From positions 1 to 37,647 of the forward strand of contig MFOV01000008.1 in NCBI GenBank assembly GCA_001782515.1: 37,647 nucleotides of DNA, written 5' to 3'. Source of the stretch: Candidatus Levybacteria bacterium RIFCSPLOWO2_01_FULL_39_10 (lineage in GTDB: Bacteria > Patescibacteriota > Microgenomatia > Levybacterales > UBA12049). This document shows, piece by piece, positions 31,257 through 37,647 of the stretch. Positions within the stretch are counted from its first letter, which is position 1; every line of letters begins with the position of its first letter. Made by a program: the position numbers and the translations under genes. Under the pieces are notes generated by a model, which worked only from the letters and a program-made list of their open reading frames with translations, made no database searches and was not told the origin of the DNA.

Positions 31257-31808
31257 TTATATCTGCATGAGTTCTTCTTCTTTTTTCTTTCCGAGCGCGT
31301 CTATTTCGGCTATAAATTCGTCGGTTGCTTTTTGCACTTCTTTTTCAAGACGCTTACTCTCATCTTCAGATAAATTCTCTTTTTTAATATCAGCCATTGC
31401 TTCATGTCTTACTTGGCGAATCATTATATGGCCGTTTTCCAGTTTTTGATGCATCATATGAATCAGCTCTTGTCTTCTTTCTTCTGAAAGCGGAGGAATT
31501 GTAATTCTGATAACTTGTCCGTCTGAGGCGGGATTTAGTCCAGCTCCTCCCTCCATAATTCCTCGCCTTATCTCTTCAATTATTGACTGGTCAAAAGGAG
31601 TTAAAACTAAAGTTTGAGGATCTTGGGCAACAACTGTTGCAACTTCCATAACCCTTAGTTTTACTGTTCCGTTATAAACTGAAACTTGGATATTTTCAAC
31701 AAGCGAAGGGGCTGCTTTGCCCGTTCGGATTGTGGCAATATCAGAACGAAGAACTTCAACTGCCTTTCTCATTTTTTCACGAGTATCTGCTATTAAATTC
31801 GGATCCAT
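31257..31808 (-). CDS. frr: ribosome recycling factor
   Basis: Typical RRF pattern ..IRTGKAAPSLVENIQV..., GLNPASDGQVIRITIPPLSEERRQEL; 183 aa. Confidence 0.93.
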   Translation of the reverse strand: MDPNLIADTREKMRKAVEVLRSDIATIRTGKAAPSLVENIQVSVYNGTVKLRVMEVATVVAQDPQTLVLTPFDQSIIEEIRRGIMEGGAGLNPASDGQVIRITIPPLSEERRQELIHMMHQKLENGHIMIRQVRHEAMADIKKENLSEDESKRLEKEVQKATDEFIAEIDALGKKKEEELMQI

Positions 31809-31818
31809 CTTCTTTTCT

Positions 31819-31848
31819 TACACCCTCCGGGTGTCATAGGTTCACACC
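31819..31848. repeat. 30-nt repeat CACCCTCCGGGTG..GGTTCACACC, copy 2 (11 nt upstream of the frr ATG)
   Basis: tacaccctccgggtgtcataggttcacacc; the minus strand carries GGAGGGUG next to its complement CACCC. Confidence 0.7.
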
Positions 31849-31870
31849 CTTTCTTAAAAACTTTTAATCA

Positions 31871-32317
31871 TTAAAGTTCAAGTCTACTAAACTCACGAAC
31901 AACTATGTTCTCACCTAGTTTACCTATAGTTTGCTTAATTAATTGTTCGATTGTTAATGAACTATCGCGAATGTACTCTTGTCTTAGAAGTCCGTCAACA
32001 TCTTTTGGATTCATTGCTGAAACTTGAAGCGCTATTTCATGAGCCAGATTTTTGAATTCAGTTGTTCTTGCAACAAAATCAGTTTCACAAGTCACTATCA
32101 CCAAAACCCCTACTTTTCTCTGATGAACATAGCTTTCAACTATTCCCTGAAGCGTTTCGCGGTCTTGTTTTTTCTCAGCTTTTTCTATTCCTTTTTTCTT
32201 CAAAAACTCAAGCGCTTTACTGTAATTACCTTTTGCCTCATCAAGAACCTCTCTGCAATCCGCTATACTTGCGCTTGTTTCTTCTCTTAATTTTTTAATC
32301 TGGTCAATATCTGCCAT
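31871..32317 (-). CDS. tsf: elongation factor Ts (short form)
   Basis: N-terminal UBA-like IKKLREETSASIADCREVLDEA..., core TCETDFVART; 148 aa. Confidence 0.9.
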   Translation of the reverse strand: MADIDQIKKLREETSASIADCREVLDEAKGNYSKALEFLKKKGIEKAEKKQDRETLQGIVESYVHQRKVGVLVIVTCETDFVARTTEFKNLAHEIALQVSAMNPKDVDGLLRQEYIRDSSLTIEQLIKQTIGKLGENIVVREFSRLEL

Positions 32318-32356
32318 AATTCAAGTTTATAATTAAAAATTTAAAATTAAAAGTTT

Positions 32357-33193
32357 TTAATCTTTATTTTTGCTATTTGATTTTGGCTTATCGGTTGCTT
32401 TAATTTTACTATTGACCTTTGGTTTTTTTGAATTATCTGTTTTAGTTTCTTCTAATTTTTCACTTTTAACTTTTAACTTTAAACTATTTTTCCCCTCTAT
32501 CCATGCATCCATTATATAACCAATTATCAATTCGAGTGAGCCTGCGGCATCATCATTTGCGGGAATAGGATAGTCGATCAAAGTCGGGTCTGCATTGGTG
32601 TCGGTTATTGCAACTGTTGGAACGCCTGTTCTAATAGCTTCCTTAACTGCAATATCTTCAAGCCGGGAGTCAATGATGAATAAGAGGTCCGGCTTTTTAT
32701 TTAAAGCGTAAACTCCGCCGTACAATTTCTCAAGTTTATCTTTTTCTTTCTGCCACATTCTAACTTCTCGCTTTGTATATCCTTTTTGCTTCTGAGGATC
32801 GCTCAAATTTTCATTAAGTTCTTCCATTTTTTTAAAATTCTTAGAAACTTCAGCAAAATTTGTGAGAAGCCCTCCGACCCACCTGCTGGTTACGAAATAT
32901 ATACCTGGGTCTTCCTTTACTTCTTTTTTTGCTTTTTCAGCTGAGTTTTTTATAATATCGCTTGATTGTCTTTTTGTGCCGACTATAACTAAAGTGCTAT
33001 TTGGGGTCTGGGCAACTTTTTTAACGTACTTTCCTGCTTCCTCAAGTCCTTCTTTTGTTTTTGCAAGATCAATTATATGAATACCGTCCCTTGCTTCATA
33101 TATATAGTCACGGGCCTTAGGATTAGAACGCACAACCTGATGTCCAAAATGACAACCTGCTTCAAGAAGCTCTTCAAGTGAAATTGTGCGCAT
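32357..33193 (-). CDS. rpsB: 30S ribosomal protein S2 with Lys-rich C-terminal tail
   Basis: LLEAGCHFGHQ, IVGTKRQ, RWVGGLLTNF and AITDTNADP motifs; C-terminal tail contains a heptamer module. Confidence 0.95.
   Translation of the reverse strand: MRTISLEELLEAGCHFGHQVVRSNPKARDYIYEARDGIHIIDLAKTKEGLEEAGKYVKKVAQTPNSTLVIVGTKRQSSDIIKNSAEKAKKEVKEDPGIYFVTSRWVGGLLTNFAEVSKNFKKMEELNENLSDPQKQKGYTKREVRMWQKEKDKLEKLYGGVYALNKKPDLLFIIDSRLEDIAVKEAIRTGVPTVAITDTNADPTLIDYPIPANDDAAGSLELIIGYIMDAWIEGKNSLKLKVKSEKLEETKTDNSKKPKVNSKIKATDKPKSNSKNKD
32455..32489. repeat. heptamer module, ACTTTTA family, inside rpsB
   Basis: atttttc actttta actttta actttaa actattt; encodes LKLKVKSEKL, the same decapeptide as in gnd. Confidence 0.85.
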
Positions 33194-33297
33194 ATATTAT
33201 GTCCCTTATCCCGTCTCGACTCGAGCCGAGGCGGACCGCCATTCAAACGAGGATTTAAAATCTCAGAGACAATTGTTTGAATGTGTGTGATCGGGCT
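33194..33297 (-). promoter_or_regulatory. structured 5' leader of the rpsB-tsf operon
   Basis: minus strand: 9-bp perfect stem CAUUCAAAC...GUUUGAAUG, then a GC-rich region with the CUCGG-CUCGAG-UCGAG hairpin, then the AUG; about 100 nt between the -10 and the start. Confidence 0.5.
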
Positions 33298-33327
33298 ATT
33301 ATACAACAAGCATGGGTAAATTTTCAA
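33298..33327 (-). promoter_or_regulatory. sigma70-like promoter of rpsB
   Basis: minus strand TTGAAA (33322-33327), 18 nt, TATAAT (33298-33303). Confidence 0.55.
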
Positions 33328-33537
33328 TTATCTAAACTCTGGTCTAATATTTTGCCCCTTATTCATTGCAGTCCTTCCGAATCTAATTATTCTGTCTCTG
33401 TTTCTTCTCATAAAATTTATCCAATAAGGAGTTGCTTTTTGATCTGGGTTATCCAATATATTTCTTATAATTCTCTCTCTTCTTTTAGCAATTCTTGTTC
33501 CTTCTTCTCGTCCGATTCTTTCAACATCATTTGGCAA
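33328..33537 (-). CDS. hypothetical basic protein (69 aa, TTG start), possibly the 3' part of a TAA-interrupted gene
   Basis: The ORF is in the same frame as 33568..33720, separated by a single TAA plus 10 sense codons. Confidence 0.35.
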   Translation of the reverse strand: MPNDVERIGREEGTRIAKRRERIIRNILDNPDQKATPYWINFMRRNRDRIIRFGRTAMNKGQNIRPEFR

Positions 33538-33567
33538 AACATCGACTAGAGACGAATCAAAGACGGT

Positions 33568-33720
33568 TTACGACGAGGCATTACCTTTTGATAGCTCTCC
33601 CCAGCTTAGGGTTTGATCATAATCATCAAGCATTTCCCTAGTTTCCCGATCGGTATACTGAAGTCTTCTTAGTCTCACTGTTGCCCTTTCCCTTCTGGGC
33701 GCTTCTATGCTGTATGACAT
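33568..33720 (-). CDS. hypothetical small protein (50 aa)
   Basis: ATG 12 nt downstream of the glyA stop; MSYSIEAPRRERATVRLRRLQYTDRETREMLDDYDQTLSWGELSKGNASS. Confidence 0.35.
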   Translation of the reverse strand: MSYSIEAPRRERATVRLRRLQYTDRETREMLDDYDQTLSWGELSKGNASS

Positions 33721-33732
33721 ATAATCTGAGCT

Positions 33733-35055
33733 TTAATAAATCGGAAATTTCTTGGTAAAGTTTTTTACTTCTTTGGCAATCAAAAGTAGGTTTTCGTTTT
33801 TTGCAGTTTTTTCTTTGAAAGTAACCCAGGATTTTTTGCGCTCTTCTTTATCTTTCGGAAGTTTTGTTCCTGATACTTCGTTAATGACCTGGTTAATCCA
33901 AAAAGCTATTTTTTTCATTTCCCGCTCGCGCATTCCCCGCGTTGTAATAGCCGGAGTTCCGAGCCTAATTCCTGATGGGTAAAACGGCGGCATGGGATCA
34001 TTCGGCACTGCATTTTTGTTAACTACTACTCCCGCAATTTCCAAAGCGTAAGCGGCTTGAGCCCCATTTATTTTTTTATTTGTCAGATCAATAAGTATCA
34101 GGTGGTTATCTGATCCGCCGCTTATTAAATCAAAATCGTAATTCTTAAGTTCAGGTGCAAGCGCGCGAGAATTGACAACAATCTGTTTTGCATATCGTCT
34201 GAACATTGCCCCTCCTGCCTCTTTTAAAGCAACTGCAATTGCGGCTGTTTGGTTGTCGTGCGGCCCTCCCTGAAGTCCTGGAAAAACTGCTTTGTCAATT
34301 TTCCCCGGCAAATCCTCGTCTTTGTTGAGACCCTTTTTTGTAACCATGATGATTGCACCCCGAGGACCCCTGAGAGTTTTATGAGTTGTTGTCATAATAA
34401 TATCAGCATATGGCACAGGACTCGGATGGACTCCGCCGACAACCAGTCCTGCAATGTGTGAAATATCGGCGAGAAGATACGCGTTAACCGCTTTTGCAAT
34501 TTCTGCGAATTTCTTAAAATCAATAATTCTAGGATATGCTGTTGCTCCGCATACAATTATTTTGGGCTTCTCACGCATTGCAATTTTTTTAATAGCACTG
34601 TAATCCAAGAATCCGTCGGGAGAAAGCGAGTACTCCGCAGTTTTAAAATATTTTCCGGATATTGAAACCTGTGCGCCGTGTGTTAAGTGTCCGCCGAACG
34701 CGAGGGATAATCCCATAATTTTATCTTTTAAAGGCTCAAGAAGCGCAAAATAAACAGCAAGATTTGCAGGAGACCCCGAGTAAGGCTGGACATTGGCAAA
34801 AGGCACATCGAAAAGTTTTTTTGCGCGCTCTTCAGCGAGTATTTCAACCGAATCAATGTAGCGATTCCCCTGATAATATCTTTTTTTAGGATATCCTTCT
34901 GAGTATTTGTTGTTAAGAGAAGTCCCCAAAGCTTCCAAAACTGCAGGAGATGCGTAATTTTCTGAGGGAATCATCTCAAGCACTTGTTGTTGTCTTTCAG
35001 TTTCTTTCTCGATCAATTTGTAAATCTGCTGATCAGTAATCTTAAGATTTCTCAT
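33733..35055 (-). CDS. glyA: serine hydroxymethyltransferase
   Basis: SGSPANLAVY, GGHLTHG and PLP-lysine motif TTTHKTLRGPRG; 440 aa. Confidence 0.96.
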   Translation of the reverse strand: MRNLKITDQQIYKLIEKETERQQQVLEMIPSENYASPAVLEALGTSLNNKYSEGYPKKRYYQGNRYIDSVEILAEERAKKLFDVPFANVQPYSGSPANLAVYFALLEPLKDKIMGLSLAFGGHLTHGAQVSISGKYFKTAEYSLSPDGFLDYSAIKKIAMREKPKIIVCGATAYPRIIDFKKFAEIAKAVNAYLLADISHIAGLVVGGVHPSPVPYADIIMTTTHKTLRGPRGAIIMVTKKGLNKDEDLPGKIDKAVFPGLQGGPHDNQTAAIAVALKEAGGAMFRRYAKQIVVNSRALAPELKNYDFDLISGGSDNHLILIDLTNKKINGAQAAYALEIAGVVVNKNAVPNDPMPPFYPSGIRLGTPAITTRGMREREMKKIAFWINQVINEVSGTKLPKDKEERKKSWVTFKEKTAKNENLLLIAKEVKNFTKKFPIY

Positions 35056-35160
35056 AATTTTGCTTGTCCGCCGCAGTTTTTAGCGAAGGAGGAAGGTTCA
35101 TTGTTTTCAAAAAGTATATTAAATCGATTATGGCTTTGCAACAGCCAAATTCAGCCTCAA

Positions 35161-35189
35161 TTGCTATTTATCCCACTTTAGCCTATAAT
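35161..35189 (+). promoter_or_regulatory. sigma70-like promoter for 35202..36291 operon
   Basis: TTGCTA (35161-35166), 17 nt, TATAAT (35184-35189), 12 nt to ATG. Confidence 0.55.
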
Positions 35190-35201
35190 TCTTAGCTCAA
35201 T

Positions 35202-35990
35202 ATGGTAGAAACACTTAGGCATACAGAAAAAACAGAAGCAGTAAGCTCGCCTGAAATTAAACCTGAATACGAATTGGTTAATGTAGGTACCATAGCAATA
35301 TTCGGCGAAGAAGGAGCTGGAAAATCAAATCTCTCAGAAGTACTTGCAAAAGCTTTAAATGCCAGGCTTTTACAAGGCGGTCAAATTGTACGAGAAGCAA
35401 CAGGTGGCACCCACGGGACAATTGGTTATCAGGAAAGACCTATTAGTGTTGATAAAAATTTTGACCAGCAGCAGATTGATATGATGCGCGAAGCAACCCC
35501 TGAAAATTCTCTCATAAATGAGTCAAGACTCTCAGGGCTTATGATAAGAATTAATCCTGATATAAAAGCTGTTGCAATTTGTGTAACTGCTCCTGCCAGA
35601 AAACGAATGTCTAGAATCAGGAAAAGAGCTTTAGAAGAATGGGAAACTAAAAAAGCACAAACATTTGAAGATTTTACAAACGATAAATTGTCTCAAGAAG
35701 AATTTGAATCTGAGGCTCAAAAATTGATAGATGAAAGAGGACAGCTTACTATAGCAAAGATCCACAAGGAAGAGAAAGAAAGAAGAGTGAAAGATATCTG
35801 GCAGTGGACCGAGGCTTGGCCTGTGCTTGAAGGCAAAGACCCGCTCAACCCCGGAACAGTTTTAAACGGTGAAAAATTATATGATTTTACTGTAAGTACA
35901 GGAAAAAGAACAAAAGCCGAGACTTTAGAATTTGTTATAAATAAATTGATTGAACTAGGATTTCTTAGGAAGATTCAATATGGCAGTTGA
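35202..35990 (+). CDS. P-loop kinase-like protein (cytidylate kinase-like N-terminal half, long helical C-terminal extension)
   Basis: Walker A IAIFGEEGAGKSNLSEVLAKAL; later AICVTAPARKRMSRIRKR resembles the Cmk lid region. Confidence 0.45.
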   Translation: MVETLRHTEKTEAVSSPEIKPEYELVNVGTIAIFGEEGAGKSNLSEVLAKALNARLLQGGQIVREATGGTHGTIGYQERPISVDKNFDQQQIDMMREATPENSLINESRLSGLMIRINPDIKAVAICVTAPARKRMSRIRKRALEEWETKKAQTFEDFTNDKLSQEEFESEAQKLIDERGQLTIAKIHKEEKERRVKDIWQWTEAWPVLEGKDPLNPGTVLNGEKLYDFTVSTGKRTKAETLEFVINKLIELGFLRKIQYGS

Positions 35991-36291
35991 AAGATTAACA
36001 GAACAAACAGTAGATGTAAAAAGAGAAGCATTTGGTCCAGGGTTTGCCGGTGAGTGGGCATATCAGACAATACTTGGAGGGGCTACTTGCGAAACTTATA
36101 TTGATGGGGGTAAGAACAAATGCGGAAAGAAAGCTTTGGGCACTGTTGATGTTGATATTGCGGGAAACCTTGATTTATTTCCCTACTGTACAGAAGACCA
36201 TGCTGTAAAACTCACCAGTCAGTTAGTTGGAGAAATCGAAAATAATGGCAATCACACAATGCCTTTTAGAAACGGATTTGAAAGGGCTTAA
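35980..36291 (+). CDS. hypothetical Cys-containing protein (103 aa)
   Basis: Overlaps the upstream gene by 11 nt; C-x10-C ... C-x3-H spacing (CETYIDGGKNKC...YCTEDH) could bind metal. Confidence 0.45.
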   Translation: MAVERLTEQTVDVKREAFGPGFAGEWAYQTILGGATCETYIDGGKNKCGKKALGTVDVDIAGNLDLFPYCTEDHAVKLTSQLVGEIENNGNHTMPFRNGFERA

Positions 36292-36786
36292 TTATTTTTC
36301 TAAATCAATAAATCTGTATTTATATCCTCCTGATTTTCCTTTTGTCTCATTTAAAACTTTTCCAAACATTGAGTAATCCGGGAAAAAAGTGTCAGCGCCG
36401 AATTCTCCCTCTACAATTGTAAGGTAAAGTTTATCAACAACTCCTTTGTCAAGAGCTTCTGCAAAAACCTGTCCACCGCCGAAAATAAATATTTCATCTG
36501 ATCCGGGAAGATTCTGCGCTTGAGTTATTGCCTCGTCCAAAGACAAAACTGTAATGTCAGATTGGTAATTTAAGTCTTTAAGGCTTAACGGGTTACTAGT
36601 AATTACAATATGGATTCTGTCTGGAAGTTTTCTTCCGAGCGACTCAAAGGTGTTTCTGCCCATTATAATTGGGTGGCCAATAGTTAAACTCTTAACCCTC
36701 TCAAAATCTTCCGGAATTTTAAAAAGAAGTTCGTTATCGTGTCCTATTCCCCGCTTCTGGTCCATCGCAGCAACAATACTTATCAT
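36292..36786 (-). CDS. folA: dihydrofolate reductase
   Basis: ISIVAAMDQKRGIG, IIMGRNTFESLGRKLPDR, IFIFGGGQVF; 164 aa. Confidence 0.93.
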   Translation of the reverse strand: MISIVAAMDQKRGIGHDNELLFKIPEDFERVKSLTIGHPIIMGRNTFESLGRKLPDRIHIVITSNPLSLKDLNYQSDITVLSLDEAITQAQNLPGSDEIFIFGGGQVFAEALDKGVVDKLYLTIVEGEFGADTFFPDYSMFGKVLNETKGKSGGYKYRFIDLEK

Positions 36787-37247
36787 AATTTTTTAAAATA
36801 CGTTTTCAATTTATCTGAATACGGGATTCTTTCTTCTTTTGTCGGCCATTTTGTTTTCTCATGGTTTTGATAAAGTCTGTCATTTTCATATCTTGGAAAA
36901 ACGTGAAGATGATAGTGCCAAACATCTTGGTTTCCGGCAGGCTCATTATGCTGTCTTACTGATGTTCCATCCGACTTATAAACTTTTTTGAATGCGACCG
37001 CTACTTTTTTTGAAAAATTATGGATTACTTCCAAATGCTTTTCATCAATATCATATAAATTCTCAAAATGTTTGTTGGGAATAATAATTACATGCCCTGG
37101 ATTTGTCATCCACCACTTACCTGCAATAAAAGCTGTAATTAAATCTTCTCGATAAAAGATATCATCCGGATTTGTCTTACCGGTATCTTCACCCTTTGCG
37201 AGCTTACAAAGCGGGCAATCATAATTTTTAGGGGCATGGTTATACAT
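36783..37247 (-). CDS. HIT family protein
   Basis: CPLCKL N-terminus and HIT motif HYHLHVFPR; ATGA overlap with folA. Confidence 0.85.
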   Translation of the reverse strand: MYNHAPKNYDCPLCKLAKGEDTGKTNPDDIFYREDLITAFIAGKWWMTNPGHVIIIPNKHFENLYDIDEKHLEVIHNFSKKVAVAFKKVYKSDGTSVRQHNEPAGNQDVWHYHLHVFPRYENDRLYQNHEKTKWPTKEERIPYSDKLKTYFKKL

Positions 37248-37248
37248 T

Positions 37249-37647
37249 TTATTTATTCTTGCCGTTTTTCTTTTCGTAATATCCGCCGGCGATTGTGAAG
37301 GGAGCTTTTATTATCGGAAGCGGATTATAATTTTCCAAAACTACCATATCCGGTTTAAAATCAGCTAAACTATTAAGTTTTCCAACAATTTTAACTTTGG
37401 GAAAAGGACGGGGTTTTCTTTTGATTTGCTCGCGCGTTTGCTCAAAATGATTTTCGTAAATATGTATATCTCCATAAACATGGATGAATTTCCCAGGTTT
37501 GAGTCCCAGAATTTTTGCAAGAATTACTGCAAGGAGAGAATAGCTGGCAATATTAAAAGGAACTCCGAGGAAATAATCACAGCTCCTCTGATACAAGAGC
37601 AAATCAAGTTTTCCCGCCCGGTTGCTTACTTGGTACATATTGTGGCA
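37249..37647 (-). CDS. thyA: thymidylate synthase (ThyA), 3' part; 5' end lies beyond the window
   Basis: ..CHNMYQ...LLLYQRSCDYFLGVPFNIASYSLL..GDIHIYENH; the frame stays open to the window edge. Confidence 0.93.
   Translation of the reverse strand, partial: CHNMYQVSNRAGKLDLLLYQRSCDYFLGVPFNIASYSLLAVILAKILGLKPGKFIHVYGDIHIYENHFEQTREQIKRKPRPFPKVKIVGKLNSLADFKPDMVVLENYNPLPIIKAPFTIAGGYYEKKNGKNK

Noticed and set aside
31024-31449. ORFs 31024..31212 (-) and 31183..31449 (+) across the frr-rseP spacer, and ORFs 33073..33327 (-) and 33277..33549 (+) across the rpsB leader.
   Set aside because: They are read through the heptamer array or the structured leader and overlap well-supported genes. I treat them as artefacts of repeat and leader sequence.
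1-37647. Alternative genetic code (UGA recoding, as in some CPR lineages).
   Set aside because: Conserved genes end at TGA as well as at TAA and TAG, for example gnd, the HIT gene at 36783 and the DUF5678-like gene. Full-length family-typical proteins are obtained with the standard code.

Overview
This 37.6-kb window comes from a low-GC, gene-dense bacterial genome using the standard code (TGA, TAA and TAG all act as stops). From gene content alone it looks like a Candidate Phyla Radiation (Microgenomates-like) organism: tiny GIY-YIG and four-helix-bundle genes, a short EF-Ts, no pyrH between tsf and frr, and many small orphan proteins. No similarity search was possible, so that placement is inference. 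The window has two parts. (1) Positions 1 to about 10,000 are an accessory region of small, mostly minus-strand orphan genes. Each has its own sigma70-like, mostly leaderless promoter. The genes are separated by nine copies of one conserved hairpin/terminator module. This region also holds a secreted metzincin, a DUF4382-like protein, a small-protein plus retropepsin-like protease pair, a Doc-family toxin module bracketed by direct repeats, and a duplicated orphan gene. (2) Positions 10,000 to 37,647 are core housekeeping genes: cysS, recR, prs, ybaB, dnaX, ybeY, rpsU, proS, gnd, zwf, pgl, rseP, frr, tsf, rpsB, glyA, folA and thyA. One plus-strand two-gene operon (26719..30016) interrupts the core. 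It encodes a coiled-coil protein with two OmpR-like winged-helix repeats and a MORC/GHKL-type ATPase, has a near-consensus promoter of its own, and is my best candidate for an undescribed system. The second main observation is a family of roughly 35-nt modules, each built from about five tandem heptamers. They sit directly upstream of start codons, flank small selfish genes, and lie in frame inside conserved genes (gnd, rpsB, prs, pgl, rseP). Other repeated elements are a two-hairpin RNA leader with compensatory substitutions (3 copies), a 110-nt element with inverted termini (2 copies), and a 24-bp direct repeat bracketing a GIY-YIG gene. All product calls rest on motifs read by eye from the ORF translations. 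Several ORF-track starts are TTG or GTG, and I moved them to downstream ATGs where SD or promoter geometry supports it.
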